Source of the DNA: an uncultured candidate division Zixibacteria bacterium
GTDB lineage: Bacteria > Zixibacteria > MSB-5A5 > GN15 > FEB-12
Assembly: GCA_963664195.1 (NCBI GenBank)
Contig: OY760907.1
Span: 2,272,001-2,336,000, forward strand
Length of the DNA stretch: 64,000 nucleotides
Reading direction: 5' to 3'
Shown: piece by piece, positions 1-11,484 of the stretch
How positions within the stretch are numbered: position 1 is the first letter of the stretch
Layout of the letters: every line of letters starts with the position of its first letter
Notes under the pieces: generated by a model
The model's database searches: none
What the model saw: the letters and a program-made list of their open reading frames with translations, nothing else
Told to the model about the DNA's origin: nothing
Program-made: the position numbers and the translations under genes

Positions 1-1217
1 TCAAGCCAGGCCGCCACCGGAAGACTGATGAGGTAGACGTAGACGTACCAACCCCCGACTCGTGATCCGAAGAGATACTTGGCGCATTTGAGCGAGTAAT
101 AGGAGTAGGAGATCATTGTCGTCACCGAGAACATAATGACGACCAGAGTCATCATATAGCGACCAAACGAACCGAGGACACTGGAGAATGCGTTAACTGT
201 TACCATCACGCCCTCTGAGTCGCTGGACAACTCGCCGCTCAGCACACCGGTCGACATGATGACGAGGGCAGTGAGAGTACACACGATATTCGTGTCGAGG
301 AAGGGGCCAAGCATCGCAATCAAACCTTCACGCACCGGTTCCTTCGTTTTGGCAGCGCCGTGAGCCATGGGAGCCGTGCCGACACCAGCTTCGTTGGAGA
401 AGGCGGCCCGTTTGATGCCGGTACGCATGACTTCTTTCATCGCCACCCCGGTCGCCCCGCCGAGGACTGCCTGACCTCCGAATGCGGCACTGAAGATCGA
501 TTGGATGATCTCAGGAATAACCGCGTAATGGTATATGATGATCCCAAGGGCTGACACGAGGTATAGCAAAAACATCGCCGGTACGACTCTTGAGGAAACA
601 AATCCCACCCGCTTGATTCCGCCGAGTATGACGATTCCCACCAGTACCATGCAGACAAGTCCGGTGTGAACGCTATTGATTTGATAATCGGCGTGGATTA
701 GTTCCGCGAGTTGATTGACCTGAAAGAGTGCCAGGCAACCGATCATGCCGCAGACCGCAAACAGGATTGCCAGCGGCTTGAACGCTTTGCCCAGCCCGAC
801 CTCAAGGTAGTACATGGGGCCGCCCTGGTCGACACCGTTTTCGTCTTTCTGGCGATACATGGTCGCCAGGGTGCAGGTGAAGAACTTGGTCGACATGCCG
901 ACCAGCCCCGCCACCCACATCCAGAAGACTGATCCCGGTCCGCCGACCGAAAGCGCGATTGCCACGCCTGCTATGTTGCCCATGCCGATGGTGGCAGACA
1001 GGGCCGAGGACAGCGCCTGGAAGTGACTAATTTCGCCGGGATCCTTTTCGTGGTCGAACTTGCCTTGAAGAATGTGAATCGCGTGTTTGATGGCCCGAAA
1101 CGGCAGGAGACTGCCGGCCAGAGTGAAATAGATTCCTGCACCTACTAACAAGTAGACCAACCATGGTCCCCAGGCAAGATCAACGGCTTCCGACCAGAAA
1201 GTATTAAACGCGTCCAA
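1..1217 (-). CDS. Alanine/glycine:cation symporter (AGCS) family protein, 3' end beyond window edge
   Basis: Manual minus-strand translation gives AGCS motifs GIKRAAFSNEAGVGTAPMAH, GPFLDT and many hydrophobic segments. TTG start at 1217 follows AAAAGGA. Absent from the ORF track because it has no stop in the window. Confidence 0.9.
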   Translation of the reverse strand, partial: MDAFNTFWSEAVDLAWGPWLVYLLVGAGIYFTLAGSLLPFRAIKHAIHILQGKFDHEKDPGEISHFQALSSALSATIGMGNIAGVAIALSVGGPGSVFWMWVAGLVGMSTKFFTCTLATMYRQKDENGVDQGGPMYYLEVGLGKAFKPLAILFAVCGMIGCLALFQVNQLAELIHADYQINSVHTGLVCMVLVGIVILGGIKRVGFVSSRVVPAMFLLYLVSALGIIIYHYAVIPEIIQSIFSAAFGGQAVLGGATGVAMKEVMRTGIKRAAFSNEAGVGTAPMAHGAAKTKEPVREGLIAMLGPFLDTNIVCTLTALVIMSTGVLSGELSSDSEGVMVTVNAFSSVLGSFGRYMMTLVVIMFSVTTMISYSYYSLKCAKYLFGSRVGGWYVYVYLISLPVAAWL

Positions 1218-1492
1218 GCGGATTCCTTTTGTGATGGCGGCAACGGCCGGGGATGGTTCTGTGCGACACGGGGATGTTCGGTCACACGCTTCACACACCT
1301 GCTGCACGCAATAAACGGCCGGCCCCAAGTATGGGCAAGTTCAAAACGGGCAACTCCCGCCGACCAATTGTCCTGAGGGCGCTCGCTGGCCAACAGTTTT
1401 TCTTGTTTAAGAACCCATTATCGACCATATTAACCGTTCCCGCGGAGAATGACAGGGTACCTGGACACGTTTTTTGTTTTTGCAGGGCAAGT

Positions 1493-3136
1493 ATGCTGAA
1501 GCTTATAGGCACCGATGGCAGTCGACTGTACGATTTTGATCTTTTGCCAGGCACGCACGATGTGGGGCGAGTGGAAGAGCGGTCGATCTGTATTCCACAC
1601 AAAACTATCTCACGAAAACACGCGGTGATTGAGGTTCCCACTGAAGGCGAGCCGATCACTATTTCCGACACTGGCAGTCACAACGGGACGGTTGTCAATG
1701 ACAGACGGATTTCTTCGCCTACCGTGATCAAATCCGGAGATCGAATCATGTTCGGTGGCACCGATTTCCGAATCAAGGAGACGGGCGAGGCAGTTCCTGT
1801 CGTGCCAAGACCGACTTTGCTGGCCGATAGTGAACCGGAGAAGTCGGTTTTCATGCCTCTCAACGAGGTTCTGCGGCCCCTTCCGGCCAAGGTCACTGAA
1901 TTGCCTGAGTTGTTCAACACGGTTTCTGAGATGGCACGAACCCTTGATGTAGACGAGTCACGCGATGACATGCTCGAACGCTATCTGAAGCTGGTGAACA
2001 AAGTGATCCCGGCCGAGCGCTTGGCGATCTTGATGACTGATGAGCAGAGCGGTGATATCTATGCCGCGGCGACCCTGCTTCCGACCGGCAAAGATTCTGG
2101 CTCGTTCAGTCTCTCGCGCACCATTGCCAGCCAGATTCTCACCGAGAAAAATGCAATCCTGATAGGAAACCCCGAGGATGATCCGCGCTTCGCCCAGCAG
2201 GAATCGATCATTATGTCCGATCTTCGTTCGGCTATGGCGGTACCACTTTTCGATGCCGGTAAGGTGCTCGGTATCCTGTACGTCGACACCTCGAATCCGA
2301 TGCATCGCTATACCGACGACTACCTCAGAGTGCTTGCGACGTTCGGCAATATCATTGCCGCGCGCCTGTTGAACTACGAGCAATTGGAGGAACGACAGGA
2401 AAAAAAGGTTCTCGATGCCGAGTTAAAGCGTGCCTCAGGCATTCAGCAGGCCCTCCTGATTAATGATATTCCGGAGATACCCGGATATGCGGTCTGCCCT
2501 TACCAGAAGACATGTCTGCAAGTCGGAGGTGACTTGTACGACATAGTGACGCTGCCGGATGGTCGTGCAGTGTTTGTTGTGGCTGATGTTAGCGGCAAGG
2601 GAATGGGGGCGGCACTGCTGATGTCCAATATCCTGGCGTCCTTCAGGATTCTGTACAACGTATCTGAATTTACGCTCGGTGAGGTAGTACACCTGGTATC
2701 GGCGCAGCTGTATCGTTCGAGCGCTCCGGCCGACTTCGCTACGCTTTTCGTCGGCGTGCTCAGTCCGGAGGAAAATCGCATGGCCTACATCAACGCCGGC
2801 CACAACCCGCCGGTACTGGTGAGAGCCAACGGGGAGATCGAACACTTGGAAGCCAACGGTATCATGATCGGCGCGTTTGATATAGGCAGCTGGGGTGAGG
2901 GTGAAATAGAAATGAACCCGGCCGACCTGCTGTTTGTGTTCTCAGACGGGGTCACAGAGGCGGACCGGGGCGATGAGATGTTCTCCGACGAGAGACTGGA
3001 GAAGGCACTCGGTGACTACATGGAACTGGATCCGAAACCACTGGTTGAACAGTTGATGACCGATATCGAGGCCTTCCTGGAGGGCGCCCCGAGGTCTGAT
3101 GACATCACAATGCTCGCACTCAAGAGGAATTCCTAA
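1493..3136 (+). CDS. FHA-GAF-SpoIIE/PP2C Ser/Thr phosphatase
   Basis: FHA motifs (VGR, ISRKHA, DTGSHNGT), GAF (LRSAMAVPL..LGILYVD), PP2C motifs (GGDLYD, ADVSGKG, NAGHNPP, SDGVTEA, DDIT). Start moved to ATG 1493 where the FHA domain begins. Confidence 0.9.
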   Translation: MLKLIGTDGSRLYDFDLLPGTHDVGRVEERSICIPHKTISRKHAVIEVPTEGEPITISDTGSHNGTVVNDRRISSPTVIKSGDRIMFGGTDFRIKETGEAVPVVPRPTLLADSEPEKSVFMPLNEVLRPLPAKVTELPELFNTVSEMARTLDVDESRDDMLERYLKLVNKVIPAERLAILMTDEQSGDIYAAATLLPTGKDSGSFSLSRTIASQILTEKNAILIGNPEDDPRFAQQESIIMSDLRSAMAVPLFDAGKVLGILYVDTSNPMHRYTDDYLRVLATFGNIIAARLLNYEQLEERQEKKVLDAELKRASGIQQALLINDIPEIPGYAVCPYQKTCLQVGGDLYDIVTLPDGRAVFVVADVSGKGMGAALLMSNILASFRILYNVSEFTLGEVVHLVSAQLYRSSAPADFATLFVGVLSPEENRMAYINAGHNPPVLVRANGEIEHLEANGIMIGAFDIGSWGEGEIEMNPADLLFVFSDGVTEADRGDEMFSDERLEKALGDYMELDPKPLVEQLMTDIEAFLEGAPRSDDITMLALKRNS

Positions 3137-6102
3137 TGTTAGAGGCAGGACAGAACTTCGCTCATTTCAAGATCGAACGGAAACTTGGCGAGGGCGGCAT
3201 GGGGGCGGTCTATCTGGCCGAGGATCAGAAACTGCGACGGAAAGTAGCGATCAAGACCCTCACCGGCGATATGTTTGACAATGCTGAACGCCTCGAGAGA
3301 TTCTACCGTGAGGCCAAAACGGCGGCCCAGGTGTCCAACGCTTACGTGACCGCGATATACGACATCGGCAAAGCTCCCGACGCAGAGACCGGGGAAGAGA
3401 CCGACTATATTGTGATGGAGTACGTCAAGGGGCGTTCGCTCGCCGACTATATCAAGGACGAGAAGCCCGAGTTGCAGCGCCTTGTCACGCTTGCGGAGAA
3501 GATCGCAACCGGCGTGGCGGCGGCGCACAAACTGAATATTGTGCACCGGGACATCAAGCCGGACAACATCCTGATCGACGAAAATCATGATCCGAAAATC
3601 CTCGATTTTGGTCTTGCCAAACCGCTCGATCCAATCCTGTTTTCCAAAGCTGCCGACAGCACCGAATCGATTTCACAGGATCTGACGCGTGCCGGGAAGA
3701 TCATGGGGACCGTATCGTATATGTCGCCGGAGCAGGTCAAGGGCGAGAATGTTGATACACGAAGCGACATTTTCTCGTTTGGTATTTTGCTATATCGTAT
3801 GGCTACCGGCGAAATGCCGTTTGCCAGTCCGACTCAGGTTGAGACCATGGCCAAGATCCTCGAATCCTCCTTTGAACCGCCGCGAGGGAAGAACGAGAAT
3901 ATCCCGCCGGAACTTGAACGCGTTATTACCAAGTGCCTGCAGAAGGATCGCGAGGACCGCTACCAGAGCAGCCGCGACCTCGTTCTCGATCTGCGCAACC
4001 TCCGACGGCAGTACGACAGCGGCGTCAGCGACACGATATCCGGGATCACGCAGTCGATACCGGCCAGGAAGAAGAGCTTCACACTGCAACTCAGGGGCGG
4101 AGCGGTGGCTGTAGTGATTCTGGCAATTGTTGCTATCTGGTACTTCGGTAGCCAATCGGACGGGTCGGGAGGGCAGGGCGGACTTCAGGCTCAGACCAAC
4201 GCTCTGGCCATTCTCGGGTTTGAAAACAAAACCGGCGAAAACGACCTCGACTGGCTCGAAACCGGCCTTCCTGAGATTCTGCTAACAGACCTCTCGCAGG
4301 CTAGCGAACTTCAGATCATCAGCCAACAGCGCATTTTGGATTGTTTCGAAGTCGACAAGAAAAACTCGCATACGCACGAAGAGTGTATCGATGCTGCTAA
4401 AACGCTCGGGGCTACCCGGCTGTTGTCCGGGGCGTACTTCAAGCTGGGTGACCAGATTCGCATCGACGCCCGATTGGAGGACGTCAACACCGGCACGATC
4501 ATTTTGGGTGAGAAGGTCGTCGGCGACGATCCGTTCGTGCTAGTCGATTCGCTTACGAAGAAGATCGCGACATCGTTGAATCTCCAGGGAGACATGCAGG
4601 GAGTCTCTGTTTTTGCCTCCGCCTCGCCGGAAGCATACAAGAGGTACCATCTCGGCATGGAGAAATTCTGGGCGGGAGAACACGATGCTGCCGTGGCGTT
4701 GTTCAACCAGGCGTTGGCAATAGACTCTTCCTTTGCCCTGGCATACATGCGAATCGGCATGAGCAACGTTTTCAACGGCAAACAGACCGAGGGTGCGAAG
4801 TACTTCAAGCTGGCTCAGCAGTATCAGGACGGTCTACCCGTGAGGGATCGCTCTCTGCTCGATGCCTATGTTGATACCTGGGTGAATCAGAATTTCGATC
4901 ACGCCTTCACCAAGATCGAAGTCTTACTTGGCAACTACTCCAACGATGCCGAGATTCGCACCATATATGCCTTGTTCATCGATGCGTTCAAGCGTGACAC
5001 GGTGGCGTCCTTCGCCCAGATGGATACGGTACTGGCGACTTACCCCACTTTTCCGTTTACACTGTCAACTTACGCCCAGATTCTGGCCACGCATAACAAC
5101 TATGAACGGGCGATTGAAGTGACCCGGAAACTGGTGGAGGTTACCCCCGACGCGGTGGCCTCAAAACGCCAACTGGCCGGATACTATCTGGCAAGCGATC
5201 GCGAAGACGAAGCAATGGAGATGTACCGTGAGCTGCACCGTGCACACCCGGAAAACGCCGAGGTAATAGAGAATCTCATTCGCTTTCATCTTTCGCATCA
5301 CGAACCTGCGATGGCCCGTGTGTATGTCGAGAAACTGAAGGCGACGGCCCCAGACGATCCCTACAACCTCTATGACTACTACACGTATCTGACTCAGGTT
5401 GCGTACTGGGAAGGCAAGTTCCTTCCGCCGCTGGAATACGGGCAGAGACGTATCGAACTGGCTGAGGCCACCGGCGACGCCAACCTGTTGTTTAATGCCT
5501 ACAACAATATGGCGTCGGTGCATCTGCGGTTGGGGCACCCGGATTCCGTTCTTCACTATGGCGAGATTGGTGACCGGAAAGGCTCGGCAAATCAGAAGCT
5601 GGCCTACCCGGTGTTGGCGGTGTCAATCGATGCCGGAATGCAGGACAAGGTGAGACCGATGTTCAAGCAGGCAATCGATGATTTCAAGTCCCGGGTGCCG
5701 AAGGATTTCTGGTCGATGGTGGATGCCCTTGACGGGATGTTTGAGGGCTTCGCAACGGCGGATACTACTGCAATCCTGACCGCCTATGAGGATTTGCTGG
5801 CGCAGGCGAACGCCAACTCCAGCGAGGACAGGTTTCGTTGCGGAGAGTTGATGGTGCGGTTTGGCTGGTATGACAAGGCGGCAGTGTTGTTTGAGGACCT
5901 CGTCTCTGGCGAGAATGAAACCTCCAACGGCTGGAGACACATTCTATCGATCTACTGGCTCGGTGTTATTGCCGACGAAACTGGCGACAAAGCAGAAGCA
6001 ATCGGACGCTTCGAAAATGTCCTGGCACTGTGGCCAAAGGTTGACGTCGAGGTCAAGGAGATGCAAGACCTTCGCGAGCGTCTCGCACGTTTGCAGAGCT
6101 AG
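3136..6102 (+). CDS. Hanks-type Ser/Thr protein kinase with transmembrane helix, TolB-N-like domain and TPR repeats
   Basis: LGEGGMGAVY, VAIK, HRDIKPDN, DFG, GTVSYMSPEQ, SDIFSFG motifs; hydrophobic segment AVAVVILAIVAIWYF; helical TPR-like C-terminus; TAATG overlap with the upstream stop. Confidence 0.92.
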   Translation: MLEAGQNFAHFKIERKLGEGGMGAVYLAEDQKLRRKVAIKTLTGDMFDNAERLERFYREAKTAAQVSNAYVTAIYDIGKAPDAETGEETDYIVMEYVKGRSLADYIKDEKPELQRLVTLAEKIATGVAAAHKLNIVHRDIKPDNILIDENHDPKILDFGLAKPLDPILFSKAADSTESISQDLTRAGKIMGTVSYMSPEQVKGENVDTRSDIFSFGILLYRMATGEMPFASPTQVETMAKILESSFEPPRGKNENIPPELERVITKCLQKDREDRYQSSRDLVLDLRNLRRQYDSGVSDTISGITQSIPARKKSFTLQLRGGAVAVVILAIVAIWYFGSQSDGSGGQGGLQAQTNALAILGFENKTGENDLDWLETGLPEILLTDLSQASELQIISQQRILDCFEVDKKNSHTHEECIDAAKTLGATRLLSGAYFKLGDQIRIDARLEDVNTGTIILGEKVVGDDPFVLVDSLTKKIATSLNLQGDMQGVSVFASASPEAYKRYHLGMEKFWAGEHDAAVALFNQALAIDSSFALAYMRIGMSNVFNGKQTEGAKYFKLAQQYQDGLPVRDRSLLDAYVDTWVNQNFDHAFTKIEVLLGNYSNDAEIRTIYALFIDAFKRDTVASFAQMDTVLATYPTFPFTLSTYAQILATHNNYERAIEVTRKLVEVTPDAVASKRQLAGYYLASDREDEAMEMYRELHRAHPENAEVIENLIRFHLSHHEPAMARVYVEKLKATAPDDPYNLYDYYTYLTQVAYWEGKFLPPLEYGQRRIELAEATGDANLLFNAYNNMASVHLRLGHPDSVLHYGEIGDRKGSANQKLAYPVLAVSIDAGMQDKVRPMFKQAIDDFKSRVPKDFWSMVDALDGMFEGFATADTTAILTAYEDLLAQANANSSEDRFRCGELMVRFGWYDKAAVLFEDLVSGENETSNGWRHILSIYWLGVIADETGDKAEAIGRFENVLALWPKVDVEVKEMQDLRERLARLQS

Positions 6103-6113
6103 CAAAACGCGAT

Positions 6114-6155
6114 CATAAACACAAAACCCGCCTTTCGGCGGGTTTTGTGTTTATG
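6114..6155. terminator. Bidirectional intrinsic terminator
   Basis: Perfect 19-bp inverted repeat CATAAACACAAAACCCGCC-TTTC-GGCGGGTTTTGTGTTTATG between convergent genes. Confidence 0.85.
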
Positions 6156-6174
6156 CTCTACTCGGTGATACTTC

Positions 6175-7212
6175 CTATTCGATTGCATCCCACGGGCTGG
6201 TCAACGGGGCCAGCGCCTGGTCGTCGTAATCCAGCCACAAATCCTCAGCCACAAACTCGTGATATGCCGTGATCAGGCCGGTGCCTTCGCTGAAGTCTGG
6301 CCCGAACACTTGCTCGCTTGAAAGCTCGTCAACATACTCCGCCGAGTCGGCCGGCTTGTACTCCCGATACTCAAGGGCGAATTCAACATTCCTATCGCCG
6401 CCGCCGAGGATACAGCCGAGCATTGATTGCGGCACCTGTTCGCTGGAATCTGCGTACCAGTTCATGCGGTATGAGAATTGTGAGTCATCGACGGAACTGA
6501 TCGAGTACGTCCAGCGGGCGCTGGTATCGTCGCCGTAGTCTTTGTAGGTCATTCCCTTCATGGCGACTGAAGAGTCAGCGAGGACAAAACGGGCATAGTA
6601 CATGCTCGTAGTCGTGACGGTCCCGGATTCCTCGTGGCGACTGAAAACGGCCACCGTCTGCTCGGTGTCGTTGAGCGTGAAGGCTATGTCTTCGACACAG
6701 GTACGTCCGGCCAGGTCGACCCAATTCAGTCTCACGAGTTTCTCAACGGTCAAAGACGCGCCAAACAGGGCGTCCATATTGGCATCGACCGGAATGGCGG
6801 TTGGTTCACTGAGATTGAAGACCTGAAGATAATCACCAACTGCGCCGCCCGCGCTGCTGTCGACAGCGATGTCGCCGTCGTCATTGATTAGCAAGTACGA
6901 TTCAAGCTCGGTTAGCAAACTCTGGAATGTATCGAGATTGCTGTAGAGGGACATCGGCTCATTGGTCGAGAACACTTTTGGAAGGTACGTGGCGGTCCAC
7001 ATAGGGTCGACCGTGGCCGGGGCCGTCACCGGGGCCGTGTATTCGGGCGGGGCGATCTTGCGGACATGATAGTCATAGTCTGCCAGTTCCAGCGGTTGCC
7101 AGGTGCCGGAATTGTCAGGGGCGGTGGCGGTGTCGTCGTTCCCGCAGCCAAAAGCAATCGCAGCTACCACGACAGCGAGAACCATCAGAGTGAACGTTTT
7201 CTTTGCGGGCAT
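6175..7212 (-). CDS. Acidic lipoprotein of unknown function
   Basis: MPAKK, hydrophobic stretch and lipobox AFGC; GGAGGA RBS upstream of ATG 7212. Confidence 0.75.
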   Translation of the reverse strand: MPAKKTFTLMVLAVVVAAIAFGCGNDDTATAPDNSGTWQPLELADYDYHVRKIAPPEYTAPVTAPATVDPMWTATYLPKVFSTNEPMSLYSNLDTFQSLLTELESYLLINDDGDIAVDSSAGGAVGDYLQVFNLSEPTAIPVDANMDALFGASLTVEKLVRLNWVDLAGRTCVEDIAFTLNDTEQTVAVFSRHEESGTVTTTSMYYARFVLADSSVAMKGMTYKDYGDDTSARWTYSISSVDDSQFSYRMNWYADSSEQVPQSMLGCILGGGDRNVEFALEYREYKPADSAEYVDELSSEQVFGPDFSEGTGLITAYHEFVAEDLWLDYDDQALAPLTSPWDAIE

Positions 7213-7379
7213 CGATCCTCCCGGTGGGACTTGGTGGTGAACAGCTACATATCTTTTGTTATCGGGCGACTGCTTCCAACGCTTAATATGCTCCGTAAGT
7301 ACATGTCGGATAAGAGAGTACTCCCAGGCTTGGCGCTCCCTTATGCCCGGTTTACGATATGCAACTCCACAATTTGCTC

Positions 7380-7407
7380 TTGACAATAGTCGATATTGTA
7401 GTATCTT
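7380..7407 (+). promoter_or_regulatory. Sigma70-type promoter with overlapping palindrome
   Basis: TTGACA-N16-TATCTT upstream of 7451; ACAATA-N5-TATTGT inverted repeat at 7383-7399. Confidence 0.55.
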
Positions 7408-7450
7408 ATAACACTGTGTACTTCAACAAACTTCGGGGAGGTCCCTCAAG

Positions 7451-10400
7451 ATGAGTCGTTTTCAATCTCATATTGTTTGTTATACCCTGTTTGCCTGCGC
7501 TATGGTGCTGGCGTCCGCCTCAACGGTCTTTGGCGAAGTGAAAGGTATCGAGGATATCATTTTCACCGGCTGTCCGCCGTATGTCGAGGGCAACCATTGT
7601 GATTCCATGTTCTACCAGGTAGTGGCAGTGGATTACGAGACGGGGGAGAAAAACCCTCCCGGCGTGGAATATTTCATCGTCGAGGGACCGGGGACGATCA
7701 ACGAGGAGACCGGCCTGTGGATATTCCATCCCGAGCTGGAAGACCCGTGGCAATGGTCCTACATGCTGGAGATCGGCGCGACGGTTAACGGTGATTCCAC
7801 CAGCGGAGAGGATAATTGTCGGTTTGAAGTGCGGGTGACGGATGGGTATGCCGAATTCGAGACCCTGTGCAATGCTCACTTCAACGTGCTTCCGTTTGAC
7901 AGTGCAATGGTGAACCTGAATCCGATCGATCCTGATTACTGTGATGAGGTAGAGGTCGAATTCGCTACAACTCCGGAGCCGAACGGGCTTGTTTCCTATG
8001 ATCCTTCGACGGGGACACTGAAATTCATCCCAACCTATGATGACGCCGGACAGACATTCCGGGTCGACTTGCACGCCAAAAACAGTCCGTATTGGATGGG
8101 TTGTTCGCTCTATTTCGACGTGTTTGTGTCCGAGCCAATCAAAGTCAACCTTTCGACTGTGCGCGACGCTACTCCGGGCGACACAGTGAGTATCGACGTT
8201 GTCCTTGAGGAGTGTGCAGCGGGAATCGGAGAAATTGACCTCCTACTGACCTACGATGATCAGCGGCTGGATTTGATCGCGATTGACAGCGGTGCAGAGT
8301 TTTTCTCTCCGGACCCAGGATGTGGCTGGGCGGCCTTTGTTGGTAGGGTAGCATTATACGAAGGCGTTCCGGTTGTCAGGATGGCGGCCAGGGCGCGACG
8401 ACACTCAGAACCGATCTGCTTCACCCCTCCCGAACTGCCGGCCGTGCTGGCAAGACTGCAATTCGTGGTCACGGACAGCTCGATAACGAGTGAGGTTTTC
8501 GCTCCGGTCCGCTTCTACTGGCATGACTGCGAGAGCAATATGATCTCATGGGGAGCTGACCCCGATTCCGTCTATCATCCGGCGGCTGTCTTTGATCACA
8601 ACGATCAGTTCATCCGTCCGGATACCGTACCCGGTTTCTCCGGTGCCACACCGGAGTGTTACCCATCGACAGACAAATACTACGAACGTTTCCGGCAGGT
8701 CGAGTACTACAACGGCGGCGTACACATTCTCCCGCCTCCTCCTCCACCGGTGTTTTCGCCGTACGTCGTGCGGATCGGCACCGTCCTTGACCAGTTGCAG
8801 AACCACTTTGCCAACGTGGATGTTACGCTTGAAGGTGTGGACAGTCTGCAGGGCATAGGCGGTTTCGATTTGCTGGTGGCTTATGATGCGACCGCAATGG
8901 CGTTCCAGGCAGCGTTTGAAGGCAGCATCTACACCGAGTGCGGCTGGGAGTATTTTACGTTCCGTCAGGGACCGTTCGGCAACTGCGGCAACGACTGCCC
9001 GACCGGCATGGTGCGGATTATCGGTGTCGCGGAGCAAAACGACGGCCCCAATCACCCGTCTTGCGATGTCGACACGCTACCGACGACGCTGACTTCCCTG
9101 CGACTCCTCGTATCCAATGATCGGATTTTCGACTGTCAGTGGCTGCCGATTGATTTCTATTGGATTGATTGCGGTGATAACACGTTCAGCAATGTCGACG
9201 GCACCGAGTTGTATGTTTCCGAAAACGTTTATCAACCGGACTCTGCTACGTTTGAGATGATTCGCATATCGGACGGTTGTGTTGGATTTCCGGGGATCTT
9301 TGGTGCACAGGATTTTTGTCTCGAAGACCCAATGCCCGGCAGACCAATGGCTGAACGCAAGATCGATTTCATCAACGGCGGCGTGAGTGTTATCTGCAGC
9401 GAGCCGATTGACGATCCCGGAGACATCAACTTGAATGGTCTCGCGTTTGAGATTGCTGATCTGATGATGTTCAAACAGTACTTTGTGCAAGGACTAGCGG
9501 CTTTCGGAGATTACCCTGATGCTGCTATTGCAGCCACGGACATCAATTACGATGGTCTTCCGCTAACAGTCGCGGATTTCGTCCGCATGATCAGAATAGT
9601 GACCGGCGAGGTCATTCCCTACCCGCCGTATCCGGATGTTAGCCCCAGTCCGAATATCGCAGAGTTCTGGGTCGAGGAGGACGCCGGATACGTCATGGTC
9701 GACACCAAGGACTCACTCGGTGCCGTTCATCTTGTGTTCGACGGTGACATAACGCCTTCCGTCTGGAATCCAAACGGTTTCGAAGTGATTTCAGGACGCT
9801 GGGGCGACCCGGAGCAGATGCACGTGCTGGTGTATTCGACGGATGTCGGCAGAGTTATCACCGGCGGTCAGATTTTCCGGTTCACCGGCGGGGGCACGCT
9901 TGTTTCGGCCGAGACCGCGACATACTACGGACGTCCCGTCATAAGCGAGATTGTTGAGCAGGCGAAGTACGTTGTGGAGATTCAGAAGACACATGACGCC
10001 ATTCAGGGACAATTCGAAGATGTCTCGATACTGTTGACGCGAATCGATACCGCAGCGACCCTCGGCGGCTTCGATCTGCTTGTCGGCTTCGACAATGCTG
10101 CTCTGGCGTTTCAGTCAGCTTCGGAAGGAAGCTTGTTCGCCGATTACGAATGGGAGTATTTCAACTACCGTCAGGGACCGTCCGGTGACTGCGGTGAGGA
10201 TTGTCCCACCGGAAAGGTCCGCCTCGTTGGATTGGCCGACGTGAACGACGGGATAGATTTCGGGGGAGGTGACATAGATTCCCTGCCCGTATCGCTGGCC
10301 TCTATGAATTTCCTCGTATCCAACGATCGCATATACGAGTGCATGTATCTTCCGGTGAGATTCTACTGGCTCGATTGCGGCGACAACGTGCTGACTGAGG

Positions 10401-11461
10401 CCGCAGGGGACGAACTGCATATGTCCTCGCACGTGTACGACTTCGGTCTGTACTGGAACTCGAATCCTATCAATGATGGCACTTCCGGTTTCCCGACCTA
10501 TTCCGGAGCACAGGACTCGTGCCTCGATGCCAGCACGGCACAACGTAGTGTCGATTTCATCAACGGCGGTGTGGACATCATCTGCGGCGGCGATCCAGAC
10601 GTCCGCGGTGATCTCAACCTGAACGGTCTGGCCTACGAAATCGATGATGCGGTCATGTATGCGGATTACTTTGCCCGTGGTCTGGACGCGTTCGAGTACG
10701 TAGAGGGATCAATCGCTGCCTCCGACGTGAATGCCGACGGCATCCCGCTGACGATTGAAGACTTCGTATATCTCCTCCGAATCATTGCCGGCGATCCTCC
10801 GCCGTATCCGCAGTTCCAGCCGAGTGAGAACCCTGCTGTATTCACTTTCGATGCCTTTGCAAAGACTGTATCGATCAATACGGTTGACCCGCTTGGAGCA
10901 GTGCACTTCGTGTTCGACGGTCCTGTTGGCACTGTGACGGTTCCCGAAGGTATGATCGCACGAGTGGACACCCGGGAAGATACTCTCCAATGCCATGTTC
11001 TTGTGTGGCCGGATATCACGGGAAGCATAATAGGCAAGCATCTGGCAACCGGCGATGTTGTGAGCATTACGGGTGAGGGGCAGTTGACTACTGTCGAGAC
11101 GTGTACATATGACAGCCAGCCTGTCAACTCCGTCATCGATAACGTGATGGATGTCGACGACGAGACCGACGATGCTCTGCCGAACACGTTTGCGCTGTCG
11201 CAGAACTATCCCAACCCGTTCAATCCTGAAACGCGGATTTCGTACGCGTTGCCGACCGCGGCGTCGGTCGAGATCACCGTGTACAACGTCGCCGGACAGA
11301 AAGTCCGCACGCTGGTCGACGGGCACCGCCCGGCCGGTTACCACGAAACCGTCTGGGATGGTCGCAACGCATCCGGGAATACGGTTTCGAGCGGGATATA
11401 TTTCTATCGCATCATCGCGGGCGAGTTCACGCAATCACGGAAGATGATGCTGTTGAAATAA
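7451..11461 (+). CDS. Secreted multidomain protein: Ig-like region, 3 cohesin-like and 2 dockerin-like domains, C-terminal FlgD-Ig/T9SS-type sorting domain
   Basis: Signal peptide; repeated G(G/E)(F/I)DLL.(A/G/T)(Y/F)D...NGGV beta domains; paired EF-hand-like GD(I/L)NLNG...D(I/V)N.DG motifs; [11 protein letters not shown]...[14 protein letters not shown]...RKMMLLK terminus; GGGGAGG RBS. Confidence 0.85.
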   Translation: MSRFQSHIVCYTLFACAMVLASASTVFGEVKGIEDIIFTGCPPYVEGNHCDSMFYQVVAVDYETGEKNPPGVEYFIVEGPGTINEETGLWIFHPELEDPWQWSYMLEIGATVNGDSTSGEDNCRFEVRVTDGYAEFETLCNAHFNVLPFDSAMVNLNPIDPDYCDEVEVEFATTPEPNGLVSYDPSTGTLKFIPTYDDAGQTFRVDLHAKNSPYWMGCSLYFDVFVSEPIKVNLSTVRDATPGDTVSIDVVLEECAAGIGEIDLLLTYDDQRLDLIAIDSGAEFFSPDPGCGWAAFVGRVALYEGVPVVRMAARARRHSEPICFTPPELPAVLARLQFVVTDSSITSEVFAPVRFYWHDCESNMISWGADPDSVYHPAAVFDHNDQFIRPDTVPGFSGATPECYPSTDKYYERFRQVEYYNGGVHILPPPPPPVFSPYVVRIGTVLDQLQNHFANVDVTLEGVDSLQGIGGFDLLVAYDATAMAFQAAFEGSIYTECGWEYFTFRQGPFGNCGNDCPTGMVRIIGVAEQNDGPNHPSCDVDTLPTTLTSLRLLVSNDRIFDCQWLPIDFYWIDCGDNTFSNVDGTELYVSENVYQPDSATFEMIRISDGCVGFPGIFGAQDFCLEDPMPGRPMAERKIDFINGGVSVICSEPIDDPGDINLNGLAFEIADLMMFKQYFVQGLAAFGDYPDAAIAATDINYDGLPLTVADFVRMIRIVTGEVIPYPPYPDVSPSPNIAEFWVEEDAGYVMVDTKDSLGAVHLVFDGDITPSVWNPNGFEVISGRWGDPEQMHVLVYSTDVGRVITGGQIFRFTGGGTLVSAETATYYGRPVISEIVEQAKYVVEIQKTHDAIQGQFEDVSILLTRIDTAATLGGFDLLVGFDNAALAFQSASEGSLFADYEWEYFNYRQGPSGDCGEDCPTGKVRLVGLADVNDGIDFGGGDIDSLPVSLASMNFLVSNDRIYECMYLPVRFYWLDCGDNVLTEAAGDELHMSSHVYDFGLYWNSNPINDGTSGFPTYSGAQDSCLDASTAQRSVDFINGGVDIICGGDPDVRGDLNLNGLAYEIDDAVMYADYFARGLDAFEYVEGSIAASDVNADGIPLTIEDFVYLLRIIAGDPPPYPQFQPSENPAVFTFDAFAKTVSINTVDPLGAVHFVFDGPVGTVTVPEGMIARVDTREDTLQCHVLVWPDITGSIIGKHLATGDVVSITGEGQLTTVETCTYDSQPVNSVIDNVMDVDDETDDALPNTFALSQNYPNPFNPETRISYALPTAASVEITVYNVAGQKVRTLVDGHRPAGYHETVWDGRNASGNTVSSGIYFYRIIAGEFTQSRKMMLLK

Positions 11462-11484
11462 GCCATTTGCGGCAAGTAGTTTTC

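Noticed and set aside
1253..1492. N-terminal extensions in the ORF track (also 7213-7386, 14209-14295, 15607-15687, 27371-27526, 31421-31552, 49233-49355)
   Set aside because: They lack domain content or overlap neighbours and promoters; downstream starts fit RBS or domain boundaries better.
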